A stretch of DNA of 63,722 nt, filler included, from Octopus bimaculoides (Eukaryota), in the NCBI RefSeq assembly GCF_001194135.2. It is 9 parts of 7 records of this genome, joined end to end, with 100 filler letters (N's around TTAATTAATTAA, not from the genome) between each part and the next. Parts side by side here need not be neighbours in the genome. Positions count along the whole stretch, not along the records: positions 51,066 to 55,413 come from NC_068991.1; positions 55,514 to 58,689 come from NC_068984.1; positions 58,790 to 61,746 come from NC_068986.1; positions 61,847 to 63,722 come from NC_069002.1; 5 more parts are not named here. One strand, written 5' to 3'. Position numbers and translations under genes: made by a program. Shown here piece after piece: positions 52,035 to 63,722 of the stretch. The notes beneath the pieces are model-generated. The model saw only the letters and a program-made list of their open reading frames with translations. It made no database searches and was not told where the DNA came from. Each line of letters begins with the position of its first letter. The first letter of the stretch is position 1.

Positions 52035-52215
52035 GTTGTTGGTTGGCACTTCGTCGCTTACGACGTCGAGGGTTCCAGTTGATCCGATCAACGGANNNNN
52101 NNNNNGTGGCTGAGCACTCCACAGACACGTGCACCCTTAACGTAGTTCTCGGGGATATTCAGCGTGACAAGGCTGACCCTTTGAATTACAGACACAACAG
52201 AAACAGGAAGTGAGA
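52035..52215 (-). mobile_element. SINE family C, 3' half
   Basis: Reverse complement matches 30525-30725. Confidence 0.85.
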
Positions 52216-52854
52216 ATTCGACCTAATATTTAGATTAACATTATTAACCTAATATTTAGATTAACATTATTTTCCTCATGTACTATTATATTAATTTTGG
52301 CGTTACAAAGTTCTGGATGCTCCATTCTCGGAATTGTTTCTTTATTTTTTTTACATTTGTGCTCATCAGAGTAAAAGTACGCATTTCCTCCTTTCAACGT
52401 GGACTGAATGATTTAGTTTCCGTTCACATTAGTGCTTTTTTTCTTTTTTCTTTACTGGGGCGATTTGATATCTGCACAATTAGCGTGTTGGCACATGGTA
52501 GCTAATCAATCATTTGTGGTAACGATTTATAATACATTACTTACATTAAGCAAAAATTGCAAAGCAATTTCATTAAGTTAACGCATTACTTAAATGATGT
52601 CATTCAATTTTTTTTTTTTTCATGTGATTTCCAATTTTTTTTTTTTTTTTGTCATGTGATTTCCAGTTTTTTTTTTGTTTCTCGTTACTATTTCATTAAA
52701 GTTAATGAATATCTTTCAGAACACAATGAAGTAAAGATGGCTTCTTGTTATTTCCATTCTGCTGCTGCTCCTACAGGAAGGAGCTTTTATTTTTTTAATC
52801 TTTACTTGGTTTAGTCATTAGAACTGTGGCCTTGCTGGGGCACAGCTTTGAAAG

Positions 52855-53265
52855 ACCGGGCNNNNNNNNNNNNNNNNNNNNNNNNNNNNNNNNNNNNNNN
52901 NNNNNNNNNNNNNNNNNNNNNNNNNNNNNNNNNNNNNNNNNNNNNNNNNNNNNNNNNNNNNNNNNNNNNGTTTATTGAGCGAAAACACCTAAAGCTCCAC
53001 GAGGCTCCGGCAGGGGATGATGGCGAACCCTGCTCTACTCTTCCACCACAACTTTCTCTCACTCTTACTTCCTGTTTCTGTTGTGCCTGTAATTCAAAGG
53101 GTCAGCCTTGTCACAGTGTCACGCTGAATATCCACGAGAACTACGTTAAGGGTACACGTGTCTGTGGAGTGCTCAACCACTTTCACGTTAATTTCACGAG
53201 CAGGCTGTTCCGTTGATCGGATCAACTGGAACCCTCGACGACGTAAGCGACGGAGTGCCAACAAC
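52855..53265 (+). mobile_element. SINE family C (partly in a gap)
   Basis: Matches 30405-30725 closely. Confidence 0.85.
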
Positions 53266-53857
53266 TATTTAAGTAGCTGACTGTTTCACTTGTTAGTTAT
53301 CTAGTAAGGTGACTATCAAACTAAGCTGTCCAGCAACCCAGCGAACTAGCTATCCAGTTATTTAAGTATACGTTTTACTCGTTATCCAGTTAGTCGAGTA
53401 ACCAACTATTTTTTCAAGCGTATAGTTATCCAGTTGGTTAGCAATCCGATTAATTAGCTATTCAGTTAAGTAACTGTCCATCTCGCTAGATATCCAGATA
53501 ATTATCTAACGAAGTAGCTAAACAGGTCTTGACCAACCTAATTAGTTCACTTCATCCTTCTGTGAAAGGGTCTGTGAACACCTAGAAATAATCCTGGTTA
53601 GTGAGTTTTGTTACGACTACGTTTTACCGTTACTCAAGAGTTGTCTCCTCCTCGTTATTTCAATGTCTCTTTATCTCTACCTCTGCCTGTCTCTCGGGTC
53701 CTCTTTCTCTCTCTCTCTCTCCCTTTGTATATATGCATGCATGCATATATACATAGAGATACATATATGCATACATACAGATAGACATACAGACAGACAC
53801 ATATTTAAACACAGACACACACACACACAAAGACACAAATACACACACATATGTATG

Positions 53858-53905
<48 letters not shown>

Positions 53906-54099
53906 AGTATACAGAAACGCGCGTACGTGCACATATATTATTTTGATTTATTCCCGTCACGTCTCCCTCGTTCAATTAATTGTTCTTGTTCAATTGCATC
54001 AATCCGATTCATATCTCCGATCATTTCCTCTGGAATGTTTCCTCCATCTTTTTACGACTTCAATCTGTTGAGTGACGACGACGAAGGAAACTTTGGTGA

Positions 54100-54132
54100 C
54101 AACGATGATATTTCTAATGAGGACGATGATAG

Positions 54133-54183
<51 letters not shown>

Positions 54184-54412
54184 GGTTGAGGAGGAGGAGG
54201 AGGAGGAGTATAGTGATGATGACGATGGTGGTGATGGTGATGACGGTGATGCTGACGATGTTGAAAAAAAGAAGAAAAAAAGACGATCGGAACAATGAAT
54301 ACAACTGATATAATAACAATGATTTCTTTTAAATAGGCTCATTCAATATTACAAGGGGAGCATGATACTACTACTACTACTACTAATAATAATAATAATA
54401 ATAATAATAATC

Positions 54413-54446
<34 letters not shown>

Positions 54447-54541
54447 CAATAATAATAATGATGATGATAATAATAATAATGATACAATAATAATGATACA
54501 AAAACGAAGAAGAAGAATCTCTAGTAATAATAATAATAATA

Positions 54542-54586
<45 letters not shown>

Positions 54587-54960
54587 AAGATACAAAAACG
54601 AATAGTAATGATAATGATTTCTAATAACAATAATGATAATAATAACTGTTAGAAGGCAAGGAGGAGGAGGAGGAGGAGGGANNNNNNNNNNATACAAAAA
54701 CGAATAGTAATGATAATGATTTCTAATAACAATAATGATAATAATAACTGTTAGAAGGCAAGGAGGAGGAGGAGGAGGAGGGAGGAGGAGGAAGAAGAAG
54801 AAGAAGAAGAAGAAGAAGAAGAAGAAGAAGAAGAAGAAGAAGAAGAAGAAGAAGAAGAAGAAAAAGAAGAAGAAGAAGACTATAAAGCGGGAGAGGAAAA
54901 AGGCGAAGCTGCAGAAGTCGAAGAAGACGGAAAAAAGGTTAAAGAAAGCAAGAAAGAAAA
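54100..54960. repeat. Compound trinucleotide block (GAT, GAG, AAT, GAA)
   Basis: Visible directly in the sequence. Confidence 0.9.
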
Positions 54961-55361
54961 CAACCAAAGAAGGAAGAAAGAAGACAAAACTTTCTATAAT
55001 GTAAGAACAAGCATAAAAAAGAAAACTGACGGAGCAACAAGAAAATTGCGAGAATTAAAATCAGACATAACACTGAAAAACAACAGCAAAACTTAAATGT
55101 AGAATTTAAATCTAACGTAAAGTAGAATTTCGTGTTGAGTGGTACAGAAGTGGGATATGTAAGCAGGCTGAATTGGCGATGGCAAGGAAAAAGATTAACT
55201 GAAACACGTGTGCGCTTTAACTTCTAAATGTTTATGCAAATATGCTTGTATGCATGTATATTATTATGTATGTTGTATAAGTATTTATATGTATATTACA
55301 CGTATGTATAAGTGTATGTGTACATAAATGTGTGTGTACGAATATAAACATGAATATAAAC

Positions 55362-55413
<52 letters not shown>

Positions 55414-56454
55414 NNNNNNNNNNNNNNNNNNNNNNNNNNNNNNNNNNNNNNNNNNNNTTAATTAATTAANNNNNNNNNNNNNNNNNNNNNNNNNNNNNNN
55501 NNNNNNNNNNNNNAAACTATATCTACCTATCTACACACACACGCACTTGTACGTGTGTGTATATGCGCGCGCGGTCGTTATGTTTGTATATGAGAAATAC
55601 ACTAGAGAAGTAGTAAATTTTTATCCAGCTGAATATAAATCATGCTTTCTTTTGGATGCCAATTATTTTAAACAAGCTGAGCTATTCAACATCTGCTCAA
55701 CACATAAAAGTAAGATTTCAGTAAGAAAATTTCCAATGGAAATTATTTCCGGTGGCTTTATTAACGTTAGTGGATACTTTATTTTCTGTTTATGTGTGAG
55801 TGCCTGTATGGCTGCATTAATGAAAAGAACAGAGAATAATATAGTATGATAGAAGAGATAAGAAATGAATACACAAATAAGTGATGGATAAGCAGCTGAT
55901 GTACATTGGTTGAGTAGGGTAGTTTTGAATATAATTCTTGCATGCATTCTCAAGAATGTGAATGTATTATGGAATGCAATGGCGGTCTCAGATGATTGAA
56001 TACTCTCCAAAGCAGTGAGAAATTGTTCATTAAAAAATCAGTATATTTTGGAGTTCTGGAATAGATACATGAACACTCTATGATAATATTTGTCGATGTG
56101 ATATATATGTAATTTCTATGAAAGATCCTCTGGCATGATTAGCCTGATCCTTCGTAGGCAATATAATGCCCCTCACTGAGCTCTATTTATGAGTACAGTA
56201 GTGTAGTTGTTGGCATGTTTTCTGAAGCTGAATAATAAACATAATAAATGTGTTGTCATTTGTCCACCACCAGATGAACTCTAATCAAATCGGCTCATAA
56301 AAAATACTAGTCGAGCCACTGATATGTTACACTGTGTAACAAAATTTGTATTTATGTATTTATTGTCTTTGACCAGTAAGTGTTATTTCCTATTTGTTTC
56401 AAAGTAGAAATCAACGGAAATTACTACTACTGTAATTTGAGTAATTTTCCATTA

Positions 56455-57050
56455 CATTTCAGAAAAATCAAAGCATATTCGGTTGGAGGGGATGCTTGAG
56501 TTTGTTCAAAAGCTTCGCAGCTCGGTTTGCCTTTTGTCCTTGATGGCATGAGATAAAAATTGGCCCTTTCTCATCTTGTATGAAGACTACCGAATGTCTT
56601 CATGCACTACCTGCCAGATAAGAAACTCAGACACTCTCATGTCCCTGGCGATGGACCTGATTGACTTGGAGAGATCGTTGTCAATCATGGCCTGGATCTC
56701 ACCAACAAATTCAAAAGTTACTTTCTTATCAGAACGACCATAGCGAGTTTTACGAGCTGCCGTACCTTTGTAATCACCATTAGACTCACCCAAATCTTTT
56801 CAAATCCTCTGCACTGTCCTCAGGTTGACACCCAAGCACTCTGAAATGTTCCTGCTGGAGCTTCCGGTGCGAATGCCAAGCAGTGCAGTATGTCGTTTCC
56901 AAATTTCTGGCAGAGTGAATTGCGTCATGGTGCTATTTTTCTCACAGAAAGTACCCAACTGACCCTACTATACTGCGTAGTCGACAAAATCAAAAACAAA
57001 CAATGTACATTCGCGAAATAAAGAATATAAAATGGCAACAATTTACCCAT
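56455..57050 (-). mobile_element. maT transposon 5' fragment, second copy
   Basis: Collinear with 29370-29912 (GDYKGTAARK..RSDKK). Truncated at the first catalytic motif. Confidence 0.85.
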
Positions 57051-57309
57051 NNNNNNNNNNNNNNNNNNNNNNNNNNNNNNNNNNNNNNNNNNNNNNNNNN
57101 NNNNNNNNNNNNNNNNNNNNNNNNNNNNNNNNNNNNNNNNNNNNNNNNNNNNNNNNNNNNNNNNNNNNNNNNNNNNNNNNNNNNNNNNNNNNNNNNNNNN
57201 NNNNNNNNNNNNNNNNNNNNNNNNNNNNNNNNNNNNNNNNNNNNNNNNNNNNNNNNNNNNNNNNNNNNNNNNNNNNNNNNNNNNNNNNNNNNNNNNNNNN
57301 NNNNNNNNN

Positions 57310-57360
<51 letters not shown>

Positions 57361-57959
57361 ATGAGTGTGAGGATGGATGCAGATGCATGTACGGGAGTAT
57401 GTGTGCTTCTGTGTATGTAAAGATGAACATTAAAACGAATATGCAATCTGTGTAGATCACACCCGGTCGGACCAAAACGTGATTAAAATTGACAGTAAAA
57501 GCCTGATATAAAGCTGAATTATTGGAGGTTTGTTTGGTGTTAACGTATTCCCAAAATATAATTCACTCTTTCACCTCATTCCCACGATCACACCCAACCA
57601 CACACCCACCAACAGGCCAAGATTTGAGATACGTTTTATTGCGTGGCCTTTTGCCAATAAGGTTATTATATATCAACCAGCCATCTTTCTATCATTTATT
57701 TAGCATCCCTAATTTATATATCACACGATTTTAGAGACTATGTTAGGTTTGTCCATTTATGAGAAGCGAGTTTTGGGTTTTAATTAAGGTAGACACAATT
57801 TCTATTTTCTCAATCATAGTCTTGAATAACAATCTCCTAAAATTAGGGTAAATCAGTATAGAATAAAATATACATCGCCGAAATAGGCGAATATATCTAC
57901 ACACACGTGCGTACACATAAAACGTGTATATTGTGTATTTTGTTTCTGTTATTCTTTTA

Positions 57960-58345
57960 TTTGCTTCAGTAATTGACCTGACAGCGGCCATGCTGGAGCA
58001 CACCGAATGAGTTTAGTAGACGATATCGAGCCAGTAGCTACTGGTCTGGTACTTTATTTTATCGAATTATATTAAATGAATCAGTAAGTTACCGGATGTA
58101 AACGAAGACTACCAGTATTTAAGCAGTGGCTGTGTAGAACCATTCACATAGACAAACACGTAATGAAATATATACATATACAGATACACACATATTTACA
58201 TACACATATACGATGAGCTTTCACTCAATTTCAGTTTGTCAGCTGTCACTCACAAGGCATTTGCCACCTTGAGATATAGTAAAGCATGCGTGCCCAAATA
58301 CCACGCAGTGGGCCCAAGCTGGAAACTACGTAGTTGCAAAGAGAC
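57960..58345 (-). mobile_element. SINE family A, degenerate
   Basis: cagcggccatgctggagc.. 3' block plus head block ..accacgcagtggg... Confidence 0.65.
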
Positions 58346-58564
58346 TGTTGTAATGATACGCCCACGCTTACGCCTATACGTGTATGAGTGCGTGTGAGTG
58401 TGTGTTCACGCGTGTATACGAGTACGCACGTGTGCAAGTGTATGTGAGTATGTGTGTGTATGTGTATGTGTATGTGGTAATAAATTATGGTTGTTAGACC
58501 ATAATATACTACAATACGTACGCACATATATATCTATGTGTGTGTGCTTGTGTGTGTGTGTATG

Positions 58565-59000
58565 TTTGTGTCTGTGTTTGTCTTCCACCACCGCTTAGCA
58601 ACCGTTGTTGGAGTGTTTACGTCCCCGTAACTTAGCGATTCGGTAAAAGGGACTGATAGAATAAGTATTAGGCTTAAAAGCGCCCTGGGNNNNNNNNNNN
58701 NNNNNNNNNNNNNNNNNNNNNNNNNNNNNNNNNTTAATTAATTAANNNNNNNNNNNNNNNNNNNNNNNNNNNNNNNNNNNNNNNNNNNNTATATATATAT
58801 ATGTGTCAGTGTATTTGTGTGTATGTGTTTGTCCCCCCAACGTCGCTTGCTGGTGTGTTTACGTCCCCGTAACCTAGCGGTTCGACTGATTGATTAAGTA
58901 CTAGGCTTGCAAAGAATAAGTCCTGGGGTCGATTTTTCTCGACTAAAGGCGCTGCTCTGACATTGCCACAGTCAAATGACTGAAACAAGTAAAAGAGTAT
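58565..59000 (+). mobile_element. Two SINE family A 3' halves either side of a gap
   Basis: tttacgtccccgtaac.tagcg occurs at about 58617 and 58858. Confidence 0.8.
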
Positions 59001-59251
59001 ATATATATATATAGATAGATAGATAGATAGATACATTTATACATACATACATACATACATATATATACATAGATACACACACGTATATATATATATATAC
59101 ATATATACGTGTGGGTATATATATATGTATATACATCTGCATATACATATATGTGTGTATGTGTATGATACTAATGATTGCGTGATTGTCTATATATATA
59201 CGTGTGTGTGTATGTGTCTGTGTGTCTGTGTATATATATATACACACACAC

Positions 59252-59297
<46 letters not shown>

Positions 59298-59778
59298 NNN
59301 NNNNNNNNNNNNNNNNNNNNNNNNNNNNNNNNNNNNNNNNNNNNNNNNNNNNNNNNNNNNNNNNNNNNNNNNNNNNNNNNNNNNNNNNNNNNNNNNNNNN
59401 NNNNNNNNNNNNNNNNNNNNNNNNNNNNNNNNNNNNNNNNNNNNNNNNNNNNNNNNNNNNNNNNNNNNNNNNNNNNNNNNNNNNNNNNNNNNNNNNNNNN
59501 NNNNNNNNNNNNNNNNNNNNNNNNNNNNNNNNNNNNNNNNNNNNNNNNNNNNNNNNNNNNNNNNNNNNNNNNNNNNNNNNNNNNNNNNNNNNNNNNNNNN
59601 NNNNNNNNNNNNNNNNNNNNNNNNNNNNNNNNNNNNNNNNNNNNNNNNNNNNNNNNNNNNNNNNNNNNNNNNNNNNNNNNNNNNNNNNNNNNNNNNNNNN
59701 NNNNNNNNNNNNNNNNNNNNNNNNNNNNNNNNNNNNNNNNNNNNNNNNNNNNNNNNNNNNNNNNNNNNNNNNNNNNNN

Positions 59779-59833
<55 letters not shown>

Positions 59834-60052
59834 GGCACGCGAAATTATAAATCTATATACATATCAATATAAACACGTACACGAGATATGAATGTCACAC
59901 CATACGTGTAGGTTTCATATAGCCCAACCCATTCCTCCCATCTCTCTCTTCTCTCTCTATCACACACTTTCTTTCTCTCTTTCAAGTCACCACTGTTACT
60001 ATCTTTTGCTCTTGTCCACTATCTATGCAGCCTATCTGCTACAGAAAAAAGA

Positions 60053-60102
<50 letters not shown>

Positions 60103-60177
60103 ATGAATACATGCATGCGCGCGCAAATATCCATACGTATACATATAAATATGCCATATATGTACGTCGGTATCTTA

Positions 60178-60254
<77 letters not shown>

Positions 60255-60872
60255 AAATATGTGTTTGACGCACAAAGACACACAAACACACACAAGCGCA
60301 CACACACACACAAATGCATACACACACATGTAGACGTATATGAGTTATATTTAATGTCGAATCGATATGTATACACAGATCAATATGTACGCATAAATCT
60401 ATACAGATTCATAGATGAAGAACCAGATATATAAAAAATATACAAAATACACCCTCATAGACGTATAAATGTACATACGTGTGTGTGTGTATGCATATAC
60501 ACATACACACACCTACATACAGATATCATACATACACACGTATGTATATATGTATGTACTTACGTAAAAGCGTGTTTATATATGAAACTGTAATTTAGTA
60601 CAATGGGCGTATATAGATTTCTTTGTTGATATTTCAGGTGTGACAAAATATTCACTTTAAATTCTGTCCTCATAAATAAGATTTTAATTTTTTGTACACG
60701 CAAATATACCACATAATCGCACTTATATGCAAATTCATCACTTTGCTCAACAGAATCACACGTACTCGACAAGGTAGGATTATATAAACTTCAAATACAC
60801 ACACATACACATTAGTGTGTGTGTGTATAGACATATATAGACATATGCATACATATATATATATATATATAT

Positions 60873-61172
60873 AGGTGAAGTATATTTGTCACTTAAATGT
60901 GGCTGACCCCTAAGGGTGGATGTTACTGTTGCTTTTAGCTCCAGGAGAACATCTCCAGCTGGCTTTTGACACACATCTGCGTCCTGTCTGTATTTGCAAA
61001 GGGAAGTCATCCTTCCCATCTTGATCTGCGATGCGCACGGACTCGAGTTTCTAGGTATTTACCTATCCTCAGCGTACGACAATCGCCGACCTTCGAAGGT
61101 CGGCTATTGTCGTACGCTGTAACATCCACCCTTAGAGGTCAGCCACATTTAAGTGGCAGATATACTTCACCT
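60873..61172. mobile_element. Fold-back/MITE-like element with 54-bp TIRs and an internal 50-bp hairpin
   Basis: 60873-60926 is the reverse complement of 61119-61172 with 3 mismatches. 61070-61119 is a palindrome with one mismatched pair. Confidence 0.85.
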
Positions 61173-61256
61173 TGTCGTGCAGTTACTGTTAATAACTCGT
61201 TCAGAGATTTAACATTGCTTATATATATATATATATATATATACGTGTGTGTGTGT

Positions 61257-61295
<39 letters not shown>

Positions 61296-61614
61296 ATGTA
61301 TGTATATATGTATGTATCCAGATAAATAGATAGAAATGTACATACAAAAACATATAATACACCCGCATAGACAGTGTTTACTTTGAATCAACGGGCTTGT
61401 TTCAGTTCTCTCGAAAACTCCATTATTACTAATAACTTAATGAAATTGGCTGGACCAATTCAAAGATATGGAGATTTCTTTTTAGCGAGTTCTCATAAGA
61501 AATAACTTATAGTTGCACAACGCTTTCTTGGAATTTTTATATAGTATTGCAGAATAGTATATAAATAGATTTCACTGCTAACATTCCAAATTCAATCCCT
61601 TTTCCTATTGACGA

Positions 61615-61726
61615 TGGTTCATTCCCACTGCGTGGCACCTTGGGCAAGTGTCTTCTACTATAGCCTCGGTCTGGCTAAAACCTTCTGAGTGGATTTGGTA
61701 GACGGAAGCTAAAAAAAGCCCGTCGT
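61615..61726 (+). mobile_element. SINE family A, core half
   Basis: ccactgcgtggcaccttgggcaagtgtcttctactatagcctcgg..gatttggtagacggaagct. Confidence 0.85.
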
Positions 61727-61920
61727 ATATATATATATATATATATNNNNNNNNNNNNNNNNNNNNNNNNNNNNNNNNNNNNNNNNNNNNTTAATTAATT
61801 AANNNNNNNNNNNNNNNNNNNNNNNNNNNNNNNNNNNNNNNNNNNNATATACATATACATATACATATACATAGACAGACACACAGAATTGTCTATATGA
61901 ATACGCATATACATATATCG

Positions 61921-62128
61921 ATTCCAAACTATGGCAAAAGAGCAGCATTCTCGGGGCAAGGGTAAGTCAATAACATTGACACCCAGTGCGCAATTGGTAT
62001 TTAGTTTATCGGCCCCGAAAGGGTAAAAGGAAAAGTTGACCTCGGTAGAATTTGAACTCAGAATGTGCAGACAAATGCCGCTAAGCATTTCGCCTGGCGT
62101 GCTAACGATTCTGCCAGCTCGCCGCCTT
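61921..62128 (-). mobile_element. SINE family B
   Basis: Full head (aaggcggcgagctggcagaatcgttagcacgcc) plus central domain. Confidence 0.88.
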
Positions 62129-62584
62129 CTTACGCCCAGGCATGTATTGATCGCTATTAACCTCGCCAGTTGCACAGTTTAGGGTCTTCTGAGAAGTTCC
62201 AATAAGAACGAAATATGCGCGTTAATTGCAAACTAAATTTATACGGAAACTTGTGAGCCACACAGCCCCGCCCACGCCCGAAGTCTCTATACACCTACCT
62301 CTATATACCTCACACATAGTCGATGAAAGACCCACAATATCTAACACACAGATGAATGCGTCCATGAATACAAATGTCAAATGGAGACGAAAATAAATTC
62401 TGTAATATTACACATACTCCACCCGAACTTGTGTTATTAATACTAGGTTTCTAATGCAATCTATATCCACAGAGATGTTTTAAAAATATATGCCAGAAAT
62501 AAATATATATATATAGCTTCCTTATAATTCAATTTCTCCAAATTCATGACATTAATACTGCAATTACTAATAGAAGAAGTAATT

Positions 62585-62775
62585 AAGGTGGCGATGAGCT
62601 GGCAGAGTCGTTAGCAAACCTGGGAAAATGCTTAATGGCTTTTCTTCTGATTTTATGTTCTGAGTTCAAATTCCGACGGAGTCAACTTTGCCTTTCATCC
62701 TTTTGGGGATCGATAAAAATAAAGCACCTGTCCCCCCACCCAATTACAACCTCGTACCAAAATTTGGAACCAATA
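62585..62775 (+). mobile_element. SINE family B
   Basis: gagctggcagagtcgttagc..gttctgagttcaaattcc..ctttgcctttcatccttttggggatcgataaa. Confidence 0.85.
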
Positions 62776-63004
62776 TAAAAAGTAACAAGAAATTTGAAAG
62801 GTGCAGCTCTTCAACCCTAGGCCAAGCCCTTTTCGAGCAAACAGAACTAAAATGTAAGACCAAAGACAACCCAGACATGACATTGCGTTTTTCGCTTGTT
62901 AGTTTTCATCTCGCTGTAAATTACTTATCCTCATTAATCTTCCATTTTTTTAATGTTGGTTTGTTCAAAGAGAGATTGGCACGGTTATTTCTAACACGTT
63001 GACC

Positions 63005-63042
<38 letters not shown>

Positions 63043-63489
63043 TTCCCTTTTTGACTTGACACCCTACAATTCCAGCCAGCTGTACCTCTTATCACCATTA
63101 GATTAACTAACGATAACTATTAAATCATTCTCAGATATTATCCACTCGCCAAGTGGGTGTCAGTAATACTAATGGATGGAGTTTAAAAAAGCTAAAATGG
63201 ATTATCTTGTGCAGGGAGATAAAAAAAAATTAAGACGAAATAAAATAAAAAAGGAGAAACATTAAACGATGAATAATGTTAATTTTTCTGATTTTCCACG
63301 CGAGCAGTAGAAACCACNNNNNNNNNNCTCTCACGCACCTCTACATATACACTCATACACATTCCGCTGAACACACGTGCACACATTCTCACACATTGGT
63401 GACACAATTATAAAGATACACGCAAACACACAGAAAAAATCGCACCCAAACATTTACCTACATTGCATAGATTCTTATATAATCCCCAT

Positions 63490-63532
<43 letters not shown>

Positions 63533-63667
63533 CATGTATGCCGTCTATATACACATATGTATAAATACGTATTTCGACTTCCATTCGATTATCTGCATTT
63601 TTTCATACATAACTTCATATAAACACACACTCACAAACATATATACATTTCTTCCAATCTCTCTATC

Positions 63668-63722
<55 letters not shown>

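Noticed and set aside
52221-52271. 26-bp tandem duplication
   Set aside because: Ordinary slippage or repair duplication at a SINE edge.
54590-54783. 92-bp direct duplication
   Set aside because: The two copies flank a 10-N gap, typical of unmerged overlapping contig ends.
53999-55004. Poly-D/E/K/I ORFs
   Set aside because: Direct translations of trinucleotide microsatellites.

Overview
AT-rich, microsatellite-saturated eukaryotic scaffold with many N gaps. The repeat families suggest a cephalopod, probably Octopus; this is inferred from recognising the repeats, not from a search. I can support no intact host gene, rRNA, true tRNA gene or CRISPR array. Most ORF-track entries come from (TA)n/(CA)n tracts or N runs. 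Supported content is transposon-derived: a decayed, near full-length Tx1/L1-clade LINE (18.5-23.3 kb), a Penelope-like (PLE) GIY-YIG relic, two maT/DD37D transposase relics, RTE and RLE LINE fragments, three tRNA-derived SINE families, and MITE/fold-back elements. The best lead is a dispersed short repeat with three readable copies, one copy cut by the window edge and one terminus-only fragment. It folds as a minimal type I hammerhead ribozyme with an atypical core (CUGUUGA plus an extra A instead of CUGANGA) and a palindromic ACGU stem III, and it ends at a fixed ATTCTCCC|(TA)n junction. Also notable: a PLE>SINE-multimer>Tx1 nest bounded by a 14-bp direct repeat, and a 300-bp fold-back element containing a 50-bp hairpin. 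No catalytic activity is demonstrated here.
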